Below are positions 46,720 through 60,142 of a stretch of DNA of 64,000 nucleotides, in pieces. The stretch is from Nemertoderma westbladi (lineage: Eukaryota > Animalia > Xenacoelomorpha). The notes beneath the pieces are model-generated. The model saw only the letters and a list, made by a program, of their open reading frames with translations, had not been told where the DNA came from and did not search any database. Position 1 is the stretch's first letter; each line of letters begins with the position of its first letter. The translations under genes and the position numbers were made by a program. Where the stretch lies: contig JAUCBJ010006757.1 of assembly GCA_032718475.1 (NCBI GenBank), positions 18,822 through 82,821 on the forward strand. The letters are read 5' to 3'.

Positions 46720-48237
46720 ATGAGGCTAGCTACTTATACAATGAATGGACAGTCACTTTCAACAGTAACCGAGGAACGTGATTTGGGTATAACATTCACA
46801 TCAGACATGTCCTTCACAACTCACTGCTCACAGACAGCAGCCCGCGCCATGCGAGTCGTCCATCTAATACGTAGAACCTTTACCTTTTTAGAAGCTCCAA
46901 TGTTCACCCTGTTGTACAAATCCCTTGTACGGCCTCTCCTCGAATATGGTACAGTAGTCTGGTCGCCGTACCTTCAGCGTGATATTGACACCCTTGAACA
47001 AGTGCAACACCGTGCCACTCGCCTTGTCCCTTCTCTGACTGACCTGACATATGAAAACCGACTTAGGGCACTCAAATTACCAACATTAATATATCGACGT
47101 GTACGAGCAGACCTTATAACAACTTACAAGTTTATTCACGGGATTGACAATATCGAACGAAGTAATTTCTTTCAATTTCGTACTGAACTTCACCAGTACT
47201 CAACACGGGGATCCTCCTTGGCACTGTATAAACGATCGAACTGTAGGACTCAAAGAAGATGCAACAACTTCGCGGATAGGGTGGTCAACATTTGGAACAT
47301 TTTACCGGACTGTGTTGTAAATGCACGTAATGCCCTTGGTATTCCATGTTTGAATGCGTTCAAAAATAGACTAGACTGTGAAATGTCCCGTAAAATGAAT
47401 ATATACAGCGACACTCCTGTGCGCCAAGTGGCAGTAGCAAACTTTACCCTACAGAGATATCTTTATTAGACACTTCGGTTAAATCTTTATATATATATAT
47501 CCCTTTTTTTTTTTTTATTTAATTTAATATTAATACCCCCTGTATATCTTATTTATGTCCCTTGTTAGTCTGTATAGTCCGTATTGGTAGCCTATAATTA
47601 TTTTTGAGAACATTACTTGCAAATATTTTTAGCTATATTTTTAGTATTTTCACATATTTTTAATGTAATTATATTTGAGATCATTATTATTTGTAAATAT
47701 TTTAAGCCATTCTGTATTGGCGTAATTATTATATTTGAGAACATTAATTGTAATTATTTGTAGCTACTGTACCTACTATCTCTACACAACATTATTTGAA
47801 ATTATTTTTGAACACAGTTAACATTTTGTAAGTAAGACAAACATATTGTAAATATACCCTTTTTTAGCAACTACTGTACAGTATATAAAGTCAGCTATGT
47901 ATATTTTATTCTCATTTTAAAATTACCTTGTCGGTTTTACTTATTTTTTACTTAGAGGGGGAGGGTAGCTACCCAAAATATAACTTTTCATTACAATTGA
48001 TTTGATTATGTACATACTGTAAACTTGCCATTTTACATTCACTTTACAAATACTGTAGGCCTAAATAATATTCGTATATTTTTAATTATTACAATGTGAT
48101 ATTTATATCTTCATATACGCTGATTAGCGTACTTTTGCCAGATATGTGTGTATGCAGTATCTCTAAATTTAAAGGTGCAATCATGAACTTATTGTTACTC
48201 TGGCGTCATTAATAACATAACATAACATAACATAACA
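46720..48237 (+). mobile_element. 5'-truncated CR1-like LINE (ORF2 C-terminus 46720-47469, AT-rich 3' region, possible (CATAA)n tail)
   Basis: Encodes ERDLGITF, LYKSLVRPLLEYGTVVWSPY, LEQVQHRATRLVP, YRRVRADLI and RVVNIWNILP. CATAA repeat at ~48211-48237; the 3' boundary is uncertain. Confidence 0.85.
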
Positions 48238-49179
48238 AACTAGAGCCGTGTAAAAGTGGCGCATCTTGAGTGTGATATCCCCACTCCTTACCCCACTCCC
48301 ACTCTTAGCTCTAGAATAAAAGGATCGGGTTTGGGTTGGGCGATTATATCCAGATATCGGCATCATCAGAGAAATCTTTCGAAATTATATGGCCTTAAAA
48401 TTTTCAACGTAATTCAATATTCTAGAATCTAAGACTGTGACTATGACTGTTGGTGTGGAATGTTTGATCTAAGCTGAGTAGGTTGTAGGTACAGTTTGTT
48501 GTGCAGTTCTGGTTTATGTGATTATTGAATATACTGCTGTAGGCTAACTGATAACGGTAGCAAAAAGCAGAAACCGAAAGTCAGAAGGACTGCTTCAGTA
48601 CTTTGTGATAGCTGGATTGGGACATCTGCTGTCTAGCTGTACTGCAGTACCGTTACTGGAATAGAAGGACTGTCAGACTGCGAGAACCCCAAGCCTGCAA
48701 GCACAGAAGCAGAAAAGAGAAACAACGCTGCAACGACTGAACTGCTGAAGGAAGTTAGAAGAGGCGGTCCTGTCAGATTGGAATTCAGTAAGTCAAAGCA
48801 CTACAGCACTAGGCCTACCCTGTCAGCCGGTACCGGTAACTAACTGACTACAGACTAACATAGCAACATAGGCATAGGCCTACACCTACCCTACTACTAA
48901 AGACAGTACGGCTGTCTGGCTGTACGGTACAGTCAGTAATTTCTGTATTACAGTCAGACAGTTACAGTAGGCCTATCAGCCTATTATTAGGGCTGTAGGG
49001 TAAGACCTGAAGACGGGGTGAAATGGGACATGGGGTAAAATGGGACATGCACATTTTTGGCCAATTTAAAAAAAAACACTTTTAGGTCTGTTTTAATATA
49101 TTTTTAATTGAGATACGGTACCGGCAGACCGGTACTAAATGCAGAAATGATACATTGTTGGTATATCAGTACCTATATA

Positions 49180-49610
49180 CAGTTAGGAACACTGGTCACT
49201 TTCTGGCTGAAGCTCAGCCAAAAATTGTCCACATATTTACAGCCAGAAAGTGTCCGTGCAGCCACTATTCAGCTATTTGCTGATTTGTCCTTCACAGGCT
49301 GCGATTATATTTCCGGACATATTTTGGCTGTAACTCCAATAGTACTCAAAGCAGAAGCTGGGCATATTTTTATTTTTAATATTATGATAAGTTATCCCAA
49401 CGATGAGATTCTAATTCTCAAATTGATTTATACAGAATTTTATGACGATTCTAATGGCATAATTTTTAGAATGCCAATGTTAAAATTTCACTGCCGGTTT
49501 TCAAATGAAATTTAGCATTGTTTTCTATGGAGAAATTTCACTCTGAGAGCGTTTTCCGCGGACACATTCTGGCTGTAAATTGGACATATTGTGACCAGTG
49601 TTCCTGACTG
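49180..49610. mobile_element. MITE with ~20-bp TIRs
   Basis: CAGTTAGGAACACTGGTCAC ... GTGACCAGTGTTCCTGACTG in TA-rich flanks, with further subterminal inverted matches. Confidence 0.75.
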
Positions 49611-50478
49611 ATATAGGCCTAGCACATATGACTGTATGACGGGATAAAGATCACGCGATGAAAGCAATTTGTTAAGCGCGTTCGCGTATACCGGTACACT
49701 TTAAAGTTAGGACACTTCCTATCATTCATATTATATGCATTACTGGATTACAGCATTAGACTGTCCAGCTGTCTGACTGTTAGACTGATACATGATATAG
49801 GCAGATAGGGCCTAGTGTTATAAAATATATTGAACTGTAGTATTTTAATATATTGCTTCCATCTGCCCTAGACAGGTAGATGTGTGGCACAAAGTCGGCA
49901 TTTAATCAAACAAATGGCAAATGGCACTGGTAATTAACTGATTAATGACCGCTTCTGGCTGTCTGGAAGTACTGACCGCCTCTGGCTGGCTGTCTCTGTC
50001 TGTCTGGCTGGACTAGACTAACATAGAGACAACAACTGGAACTGAGTCTTCTTCAGGCCAAGCAGGTGGTCTTCTTCAGACCAAGCAGTTGATGCTGATA
50101 GCGGATTGTTAAAAAAAATGTCAGAATGTATAGAAACACAAACATAGAAATATAAATTCGTAGAAATTGAAATTGATAATGTGATAAAATCTTACATTGT
50201 TGTATGGCCCAGGGCGTTATTTAGGTAGTTATGATATCATATCAAGGTTAACATTAAGGTATTCAGATATTGGATAGGCATTGGATAGTCTACTACTACT
50301 TAATAGGATCGGCATGCTGCATTGTAGCTGCATTTTTAAGAATGTTGTGCCGGCTTGTCGACAAAATTGCGCCACCACAACTCCCTATCACCCATGACAT
50401 TTGCTAGATCATCCGCATCTTCAAGGCCATTGTCCTTTAAGATGCGACTCAAGAAAGTCATGGGCTGTCCACCTCCAC

Positions 50479-51291
50479 TAGGGTTCGACCGGAGCTCCGG
50501 CTCCGGCTCCGGCTCCGGCCGGACTTGGCATGTCCGGCTCCGGTCCGGCTCCGGTCAAATTAGGTGCAGGAGCTCCGGCAGAAAGTATTTGTGCTGCACG
50601 ATGCATAGCTACATGGATAGGCAAGGCAAACATACAGCCCGACACCGGACGTCCGTCTGCGAACTGATTAACGTCTACTGGCAGACTGTACTGCCGACTG
50701 TATTATGGTATGGCCATAGGCTAAACACTGTAGGCCTATCTGCCTATTGCTGTTGCATTGTCCTGTTGTCTGACTGTCTTTCGCTGTACAGCTGTAGGCC
50801 TATGAGTCTGACAGTCTTCCACTTACCCAAGACTACAAGACCTAACTTTAATTGCTACCAGTACTCCAGTAACAGAATTAGTTCCATTCCAATCCAGTCT
50901 GCCAGTTAGCTAGTACATCGCCAGGCTGTCCAGCTGTCAGGCAGTACCCGAATGACCGTATACAGGTACTGGTACATATACAGATATAATATAGATTATA
51001 TTATATCAGTAGGCCTATCTGCCTATACACTGATACAGGTATAGGTCTGTCAGTCTGTAGATCTATGCTATTACTACCGTACTAGATAGATATCCGTTAA
51101 TTGATTATGTAAAGCAGTAAAGAGACCCCCCCCCCCCCCCCTGAGCTATCTGCAAAGTTAATTACGGCAAACTCAAGGCAAAATAACAAACAATGTTGCT
51201 CCGGTCCGGCTCCGGCCCCGGCTCCGGCACTTTTAGGTTGCTCCGGTCCGGTACCCGGCTCCGGCAAAAAAATTGCTCCGGTCGAACCCTA
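50479..51291. mobile_element. hAT-type MITE with (CTCCGG)n subterminal repeats
   Basis: TIR TAGGGTTCGACCGGAGC / GCTCCGGTCGAACCCTA. 8-bp TSD ACCTCCAC. Confidence 0.92.
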
Positions 51292-52354
51292 ACCTCCACC
51301 ATGCTTATTCACTCCATGAGGCTGCCAAAGTACAAGATTATGCACTGGCTGGTCCTCACGGCGAAAGCAATGTCCTGCAAAGCGGAGGCGATTTTGTTCT
51401 AGGATTTTATTCTCGGTGACTTCCAAATCCTGGAAAGCCTATTCAAGGCTGCCCATGCATTCCCCTTACGTATTCCATATTCGAAGGTCCTCACCTGACT
51501 TCCGGATCCATGATCCCAGGTAACAGAAGTCGTACACATGCTCAAGCATACCATCCTTTGAGCGTATGCTCATCCGATCAGAGACTTGCTGAGGACTTTC
51601 AAAGTTAACTGTCAAAATTTTGGTCTTTCTGGAGTTTATAAAAAGACCAACACTAGAAGATGCATGTTCTAATGAGCTGAGGAGCCGTTGGGCTAAGTCA
51701 TCAGCAAAGTCTAGATCAGTAAGGCACTTGGCAGGATTTCCTCGACTTCTGGAGCCAGTAGGTGGAGTTATCATCACCCCATCATCATTATGATGATCTA
51801 AGGACATGCGTAGAGCATAGTCAACCACAATTATGAACAAGAATGGTGCAAGTGTGTCTCCCTGGAGGACGCCCCATAACACTTCAAATGGTTCTGTGTC
51901 ACTGTCAGCAGTAGACACAAATGTTGTCGTACCATCGTATACTGATCTGATTGCTGCAATAATTTCATAAGGAATCCTATATAATGAAAATATGCTGAAC
52001 ATAAGTGTGCGAGAGACTGAATCAAAGGCCTTGAAGTTGAAGAAGTCAACAAAGATAACAGCCAGATATGCCTGTCTTTCTTTTTTGATAACTCTTCAAT
52101 TATCCTTCTAAGTGCCAAAATGGGCTCCATGGTCCCACGACCTTTACGGAACCCATTCTGATTTCCACGGAGCAGTCTCTCAACTGCTCAATGGCGAGTC
52201 GCCAACCGCCCCCCATGTCCTTAATCAGAACCTCATCAGTCTGTCCAGTCTGCATTCGGTGCTCTTGAACACCCACTACGCTAAGAGAAAGCTTATCCGC
52301 CAAGGTAGTCAGCTCACCTTGTCGCATTGGGGACCCGAGTGTTAGGGTGTTTAG

Positions 52355-55300
52355 TAGGGTGGTCCTTATTTCAATGTAAAATTTAAAAGCTGTGGAAATT
52401 CTCCTCTGACTAGGGTTCAACAGAAGGCACTTTATGGGGCCGAACCGAACCGAACCGAAGCAGGGCCAACTTCGGGCCGAACCGAACCGAATCCGAACCG
52501 AAGTTCAGAAAGTTAGCAAGTTATGGTCATAAATTCGTATTTACATCACTATCAGACTATACTGCAGTACTGGCTGACTGGCAGTGGCAGACTGATACCT
52601 ATTTCGCTATTTGGTCTGCGGACTTAGTGAGAAAGCTATGATTAATTAAAAAAATAAGTACTACAAAGTAAAATTTACATTACTGTACATTACTGTATTA
52701 TTAAGCTAATTGTGAAAACTACCCAAGTAAACCGCAAACAATTAAAAAAATACACAAAAAAATATTACACTTTCAATGGATGTTCCTGCTGGATGTTCAG
52801 TTCAGTATTAAGAAATACTGTTATGCACTTACTGTATGCATGCACTTACTGTATGCAGTATGCACCACATTTTCACCCGTAGTAAGCCGTACAGTACTGC
52901 AGTAGTAACATAAATTTAGAAAACCTCACTAAAATTACAGGTAGTCTTTTGTAATACTATTTATATGACAGTATGAGGTAGTAGATTTAGTGTTAGTATT
53001 ATGTATCAAAGTTATGATTAATTAAAAAATAGGTACCGGTACTACAAAGTAAAATGGCAATATTTAGCCTAACCTAAACTACTACCCAAGTAAACTGGAA
53101 ACAATTAAAAAAATAATGCCATTTAAATGGAAGTTCAGTCCAAAATTAATTAGTACAACGATGGACAGATTGATTAGTCTTACTGTCTTAGCTCAATCAG
53201 TCAATGTAATACTGTAATACTTGGAATATTTAGCAAAGTTTGCTCCGGCCTTCTGCAGTATCAATTGCAGAAGCCGAACCGAACCGAAATTGCCAAACTT
53301 CGGCCCGAACCGAACAGAAGCCGAAGCTTCTGTTGAGCCCTACCTCTGACCCCCCCAAGTCCTTTCTTCTGATAAAAAAACACCTTGAGTAAAATTTGAG
53401 CACAAATGATATATATTTAGAGGTAGCTCAAACACCCTGAAGTTGAGCGTTTGGACACCTTTTGATCGCGCGCGCAGAATATAATGGAGTTTGCTGATAT
53501 GAAGGCTTCTGTTGGTCGTACAGAGATAATTTTAGGCTTGTTTGAACCGCAGTCATCGATTTAGTGGGTGTAGATACCTTCAAAACAAGTGCTAAGCTAG
53601 TAGTTCTTGAGATATCACACAAAAGCTTAAGCCCGGCACAACTCATCAATCGATCATTCAATTGATTACGCCAAGGACATATTGAAATATTGGCATTAAC
53701 ATTTTGTAGGTCTACCTCCCTGCATCTTATTTCAGTTAATCTCGATTTTAGCATTGTCTAACCATTCAACTGTTCAAAGCTATGTTTAGTAAAAAAAATT
53801 CATCACAACCCCATGGGAAATGCTTGCACAAGCATCACTAATTTGTGTCTAAGCGCCATTTGGTACGATATTAATAATTGGCCACAAAACTTAACTTTTG
53901 GTTAATTATATCTAGGAACTGTTCGTTTAATTTGATTTTGACTGATTTTAAGGTGCAGAATCCAAAAATATCATCTGATTTGAATTTTAAAATGATATAG
54001 TGCATGATACTGTGATATACAACAATACCATACTGTACTTCAAAGCATATTAAAAGGATTGATAGATGCAGAGATATGTGCTGTGCAGTGCAGACCATAA
54101 GAGATCTATATGGGAAGAAGCTTTGAACATATGCATTATACATAATTAGACAATGCTGATTCCAAATCTGATTTCAGATTTGCCCTACCTCATCAAGTTT
54201 TCTCACAATTGCCAAATTGAATTCAAAAAACTTATTGCAAACGACTATGATGAGTGATGTAGATTCAAATGAGGATCAAATATGCTCAATATCAATCTAA
54301 AACATTGAAAGGAGCTTTGTTTATATGAATTATATATAATTAAAACAATGCTGATTCTAAATCTGCTTTCATATTTGTCATAGCATATCAAGTTATTTTC
54401 AAAATTACCAATTTAAGTTCAAATTACTTATCGCGAACAACTGTAAGGAGAGAAGTTGATTAAAAAATAATCAAATATGCTCAAAATCAATCTACAACAT
54501 TGAATGGAGCTTTGTTCATATGAATTATATATAATTAAACAATGGTGATTCCAAATCTGCTTTCAGATTTGCCATGCTGCCATAGCATATCAAGTTTTTT
54601 CACAATTGCCAATTTGAGTTCAAATTACGTGGTAATTATGTGGTAGGGCAAATCTGAAATCAGATTTGGAATCAGCATTCTCTAATTATGTATAATACAT
54701 ATGTGCAAAGCTTCTTCCCATATATTAGTTCTCTTTTGGTCGTTGGATGCACATATCTCTGCATCTATCAATCCTTATCTTAAAATGCTTTGAAGTACAG
54801 TATAGTATTGTTGTATATCATGTACCATATCATTTTAAAATACAAATCAGTTGCCATTTTTGGGTTCTGCACTGAAAATCAGTCAAAATCAAATTAAACG
54901 AACAGTTCCTAGATATAATTAACCAAAAGTTAAGTTTTGTGGCCAATTATTGATATCGTACCAAATGGCTGAATGGCGCTTAGACACAAATTAGTGATGC
55001 TTGTGCAAGCATTTCCCATGGGGTTATGACGAATTTTTTTTACTAAACATAGCTTTGAATGGTTAAACAATGCTAAAATCGAGATTAACTGAAATAAGAT
55101 GCAGGGACGTAGACCTACAAAATGTTAATGCCAATATTTCAATATGTCCTTGGCGTAATCAACCGAATGATCGATTGATGAGTTGTGCCGGGCTTAAGCT
55201 TTTGTGTGATATCTCAAGAACTACTAGCTTAGCACTTGTTTTGAAGGTATCTACACCCACTAAATCGATGACTGCGGTTCAAACAAGCCTAAAATTAACT

Positions 55301-55518
55301 CTGTACGACCAACAGAAGCCTTCATATCAGCAAACTCTATTATATTCTTCGCGCGCGATCAATCGGTGACCAGACACTCAACTTCAGTGTGTTTGAGCTA
55401 CCTCTAATATTTGATGTACATGCTTAAAATTTCGCATGTCGTATTTTTTGACGAAATGGATACATTTGAGGGGGTCAGAGATGATAAATTCCAACCTTTC
55501 AAAATAAGGACCACCCTA
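52355..55518. mobile_element. Non-autonomous DNA element with 8-bp TSD and a long internal palindrome
   Basis: TIR TAGGGTGGTCCTTATTT / AAATAAGGACCACCCTA. TSD GTGTTTAG. Inverted arms at ~53417-54190 and ~54645-55407. Confidence 0.9.
52411..53342. mobile_element. hAT-type MITE with (CCGAA)n subterminal repeats, nested in the previous element
   Basis: TIR TAGGGTTCAACAGAAG / CTTCTGTTGAGCCCTA. 8-bp TSD CCTCTGAC. Confidence 0.92.
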
Positions 55519-56258
55519 GTGTTTAGTCTAGTGACTTGCCTCAGATTCACCAATGGCTTTGTTGGTCAGGGTGGAACATGAGAGTAGCCTCCAACTCCAG
55601 AATCCCTCTCCCCCTCACAATCTGGCCTCCCTGGTGAGGTGACCCAGGGTTTGGGCCAGAAAGGTCATCAGGAAAGGGACTCAAAGAATTGTTGGCTGCT
55701 CTCTCTCCAGTAGGGGGTGAGACAGGCAGCCGTTCAGGTGATAACTGACGCCTGTGAGGCCGATTGTATCCGGTAATTCCACTGGCCTCTAGTGGCCGGA
55801 CCGGACCTCCTAGGACCTATTGGATAGTACCGTCCGGCCGTCAGACCGTACCTACCGTACCAGCCAGCGTACACTACTGCACTACACACACACAGACACA
55901 TGCAACTCACTACAGTAGAATTGAAATGTCACGTCACAGCATGACACTGACACATTTAACAACAAAGGTTCGGTAATATATGCCTGCCCTGCAACACAGC
56001 AACTACGACCACTCTCTCTGCCAGTCTGCAGCTGCTCTGCCTCTATCAGAATAAAAATGCCAAAAACGGCAGGTCAAGAACTTCCAATTTTGGAACTACC
56101 TACCGGTAGGCCTGATTTTGAAATTTTGAGACTGTAAACAGTCTCAAAATATTTATCATAAAAAAACCAAAGCATGGTGAATTTTTTTTTCTCCCGGTCA
56201 AAAGTTTCTAAATGCATTAAATTATAATTTTTTACAAAATTTAGTTAACCCCAGGCAA

Positions 56259-56939
56259 TATTGGCTGACCCTGGACAGAAAATATATCAAAAATTACAAT
56301 TTTGGCATGATATGTCCAATTTTGAAAAATGCTAATTTTGGCATAGATCAGTGACCAGGTACCGGTACCGGTACTGATCTATGCCAAAATTAGCATTTTT
56401 CAAAATTGCAAGTTTTCATGCCAAAATTTGGGATACAGGACCGAACGTAATCAGGATCGAATGTAACATAGTTATTACCGCAATTATGTTACATTGGATC
56501 CTATAACTATGTTACATTCGATCTACAAATTACTAAGCTCGAATGTAACATTGCTATTTACAGATTTAAAGGAACAGGTTACAGAGGCGTGTTGGGGTAA
56601 CCAAAACAATAAACGAAAGTTAACACATGTTACAAGATTATGCAGGTTACTTAATTGGGTCTAGCACCAAACTGTTTCTTCCTGTAAATAAACGAAGCAT
56701 TTCATCGGTTAACTCCTGAAATCAAAAAACAACTGAAATAAATGTATGTTACATTCGAGCTTAGTAATTTGTAGATCGAATGTAACATATTTATAGGATC
56801 TAATGTTACATAATTGAGGTTACGTTCGATTCGTAAAAACTATGTTAAATTCGATCCTGATTACGTTCGGTCTGTCACCCCAAAATTTGAATTTTTGATA
56901 TATTTTCTGTCCAGGCTGCCACGCCAGGGTCAGCCAATA
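56259..56939. mobile_element. Palindromic MITE containing a second inverted-repeat element (~56434-56878)
   Basis: Outer TATTGGCTGACCCTGG / CCAGGGTCAGCCAATA. Inner GACCGAACGTAATCAGGATCGAA / TTCGATCCTGATTACGTTCGGTC. Confidence 0.75.
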
Positions 56940-57200
56940 AGAGAAAGGAGCAGGTTACAGAGGCGGGATTTTCTAACCAAAACAATAAACAGTCACTTTA
57001 CCAATTCAGGGAAAGGAGCAGGTTACAGAGACGGGATTTTCTAACCAAAACAATAAACGATAACATTACCAATTGAGAGAAAGGAGCAGGTTACAGAGGC
57101 GGGATTTTCTAACCAAAACAATAAACGATCACTTAACTAATTGAGGGAAAGGAGCAGGTTACAGAGGCGGGATTTTCTAACCAAAACAATAAACGATCAT
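56940..57200. repeat. Second array of the ~62-bp repeat seen at 2277-3140
   Basis: Four near-identical units. Confidence 0.92.
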
Positions 57201-59139
57201 TTAAAAACCAAAGCAAGAAATCGCACTGTCAGAGGATAGGCAAGTCTGTAGACCGGTAATACTGTAATACTAGGTACCGGCATGCTGTGTACGAAAGTAA
57301 TAAGAGGGCTGTGTTGTCTTAAACTCGAATTGGTACCCCATGATGAATAAATACATGTTCTGGAATGAAGATTTAGTACAGTGTCTCTCATTAACTACCA
57401 GTTAATGTCCCTTCGACTTTGGATATCACTTCACTTCTGTCACTTTCAAAAAGTCAATAGTCCAATGTCAGTATGTTTTTGATAAGCATAAATTTGGCTT
57501 CACCTTCACGCAGTCACGCAAATTTATTAATAATTTCATAAAAATTCGTGTAATATACATACATACCACATCTGAAACATCAATAATTGTTCTTTAACGG
57601 TGATTATATTTAATATATAGATACGTTACGGTAGTTATCTATAATATCTTATAATAACTTTATAATAACAATATAATGCAGTATTTTTTTATTAATTTGC
57701 AGCTATAATATATAATATTTAATTACTCTGATAAAGGAAGCACCAGTTTCAATGTAGATTGTGTCCACAATTAATCTACAGTATTGAAACAGTGAAAAGC
57801 TGGACATTTAGGTGCCGGTTGCGTGGTCTGTCAAAAAAATAAACATTAACCATTAAATAGGGTTAAATGGTCGCCAATTAGGCTATAGTAAGAGGGTGAA
57901 ATTATACAACTTTTACAACTGTTTAACATGTTTCCGTCGTAAAATAATACATTCCGGTATATTATTATATGTATTAATAATGCATATAATAATATATGTA
58001 TTATTTTATGTATTACTATTATCACATATTATCACATAATTATAGCGTTTATTTATATCTTATAACAGTGATTCGTTTATTGTTTTGGTTAGATTTAATC
58101 CGTCTTTAACCAGGGTTTTTAGTGAAAATCTGGTATTCTTCACATGAGAGTGAACTGCAAAATGAAATATAAAGCAGAAAGTCTGGTGTACTTCACATAG
58201 GTCTGGCGATGATAACGTTATTTTTTTTAAGTCTAATTGACTATTCACCATGCCTGGACGTTGAGAATTCCGACGACCTTTCTAGCACCCTTGTCAGGAT
58301 TTTTGAAAATAAAATGCATCCGCAGCTGGAAATTTTCAAAACTTTTAATTTTTTTTAAATATTTATTGTATGATCTATATTCCTGTAATTTATAGGTTTT
58401 CTGTGATTGTGAATGGAATGGTAATAAAATAATGAAACAATGAAAAAAACAAAAAAAAACTATAATGGAATGGGGTATGGCGATTACAGCTGTATAATTT
58501 TTAAGTAGGCCTATAATTATTTATATATTTTACTTTATATACTATAAAATAATCGATTTCCATTAAAATTAATGTTGAAAATGCTCTTTTTACCCTAACC
58601 AACTTAATTAATTCTAATTTAATTAATGAGCTGCTATTATCTTAGCTTCTCGAAGGCCACACAAAAATTCAACTTGGAACATTTCTAAAATTTTGCCAGA
58701 CTACATGTCTACCAAGTTTTGATAGATTTCATTAAGATTTGGCTGAGTTATTAACGTTTAAAATTGAACACAACAGAACACCAGACACACCGATTGAGTT
58801 AGTGGTACCTGTATGTATGTATGCTAAGCTCACTTACTTTCGTGGCTCGCCCCACACGTTAGACCTTATTTTCCATGTTTTTTATATTGACATATACAAT
58901 TTTGCTTTGTAGTTTTTATGATTGTAAATTTATAGTTTTATGATTAACTAATAATTTGTTTATTATTACAGTAATCTAAGCCAATCCCTTCATTTACCCA
59001 TTCAGTCAGTGTATTTATTTCAATAGGTTCTTACTAATTATTACTATTTGTCCCGCATGCAGATTATATACATTTGTTTTATATAATTTAGAGATTTAAT
59101 GTGGGGGGGGGGGGGGGGGAGGTTCATTGTGTGCGATCA

Positions 59140-59240
59140 CGCCAGTAAGGCTGTTACTTATAGAACCAATGACACGTCAGCTTCCGAACCTCGCATCCCA
59201 TTGGCTTATTATGTCACATATCTTCTCCCCCATGCTGCTA
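59140..59240 (+). promoter_or_regulatory. Putative promoter of the hnRNP K-like gene
   Basis: CCAAT, a CRE/E-box-like GACACGTCA and ATTGG are clustered ~250-290 bp upstream of the ATG. Inference only. Confidence 0.35.
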
Positions 59241-59451
59241 ATAATCTTGCCTACGACAGAGTGCAGTATATTTTATTAATATATATACATGTATGTGTAT
59301 GATATTATGCTTTGATTGTACACTGCCTGTATTTGTGTTTGTTTATTAATAAGTTGTTATCCTTATAAACGACATTATGTTCTCTATTTACAGTTTGAGT
59401 TGCTCTAGTTCTCACTGTTACTATTATTCTGATATTTACATTAGTTGAGCC

Positions 59452-59467
59452 ATGTCCGACCATGAAG
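59452..59467 (+). CDS. HNRNPK: hnRNP K-like gene, putative first coding exon (MSDHE, phase 1)
   Basis: GCCATGTCCGACCATGAAG|GTGAGA splices in frame to the exon at 60024. Confidence 0.6.
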
Positions 59468-60023
59468 GTGAGATAAATGTTTTACATATATACATATATT
59501 TATTTACGTTTTACATATATGTGTTGATGTATTTAATCATTTAAATTAAATTAAAATTTAATGTAAATTAAATATGTTTTCATGCATATAAATCTTTAGT
59601 AAACGAATGAAGTACCGGTATATAAATTAGCTCGTTAAGTGAACGTAGTTTGTAATATTTATATAATTGTTGGACCTAATTGAGTTTATTTTGCCCGATT
59701 TTTTAACTTCTAAAATTATGGAAAGTGAAGTTAAAGTTAAAGAAGCAAGTTACAGAACTAAAAATGCCCAAAATAATAAAATATATGTTGAATCAGTTGG
59801 GGCCTTAGTTATTTATTACTCGACACAAACTTAACCGAAATTTATCTTCTAGTTTATTGGCGTTTGAGCAATTTATTAAATCGTTTTATTGTACAGTAAA
59901 TAAAACGAGAGCATAGAAGGTGAAAAAGGTATAATTCAACAATATATCGTAAGTAAACACTTTATATACCGGTATATTATACACTTTATTATATAGTTCT
60001 ACAATCTGTTTATATATTGGCAG

Positions 60024-60142
60024 CTATGAAGAGAGAATCGAATGAATCCTTTGATGATAATCCATCAAAACGAACACGAAACAATAGCGGCAGTGCAGTA
60101 CCAAACATACCGATGGAAATACGACTCCTAATCGAGAGCAAG
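60024..60142 (+). CDS. HNRNPK: hnRNP K-like gene, coding exon with bipartite NLS and start of KH1
   Basis: CAG| ... AAG|GTAAGT. MKRESNESFDDNPSKRTRNN...MEIRLLIESK resembles hnRNP [33 protein letters not shown] (recalled from memory). Downstream exons are not in the window. Confidence 0.72.

Larger units (their letters stand above)
50291..55850 (-). mobile_element. Internally deleted RTE-like LINE (5' region, endonuclease N-terminus, RT, 3' tail) split by nested DNA elements
   Basis: Encodes LSVVGVQEHR (APE motif), NQNGFRKGRGTMEPILALRRIIEE, QGDTLAPFLF and DLDFADDL. TACTACTACT tail at 50291; 5' boundary approximate. Confidence 0.85.

Noticed and set aside
53428-55369. Duplicated 100-aa gene pair MLKSRLTEIRC...
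   Set aside because: These are mirror-image ORFs from the inverted arms of a non-autonomous element, with no recognisable domain.
57725-58251. Divergent minus-strand gene upstream of hnRNP K (MVNSQLDLKK...; possible micro-exon LIVDTIYIETGASFIR)
   Set aside because: Splice signals are weak and there is no recognisable homology. It cannot be supported without transcripts.
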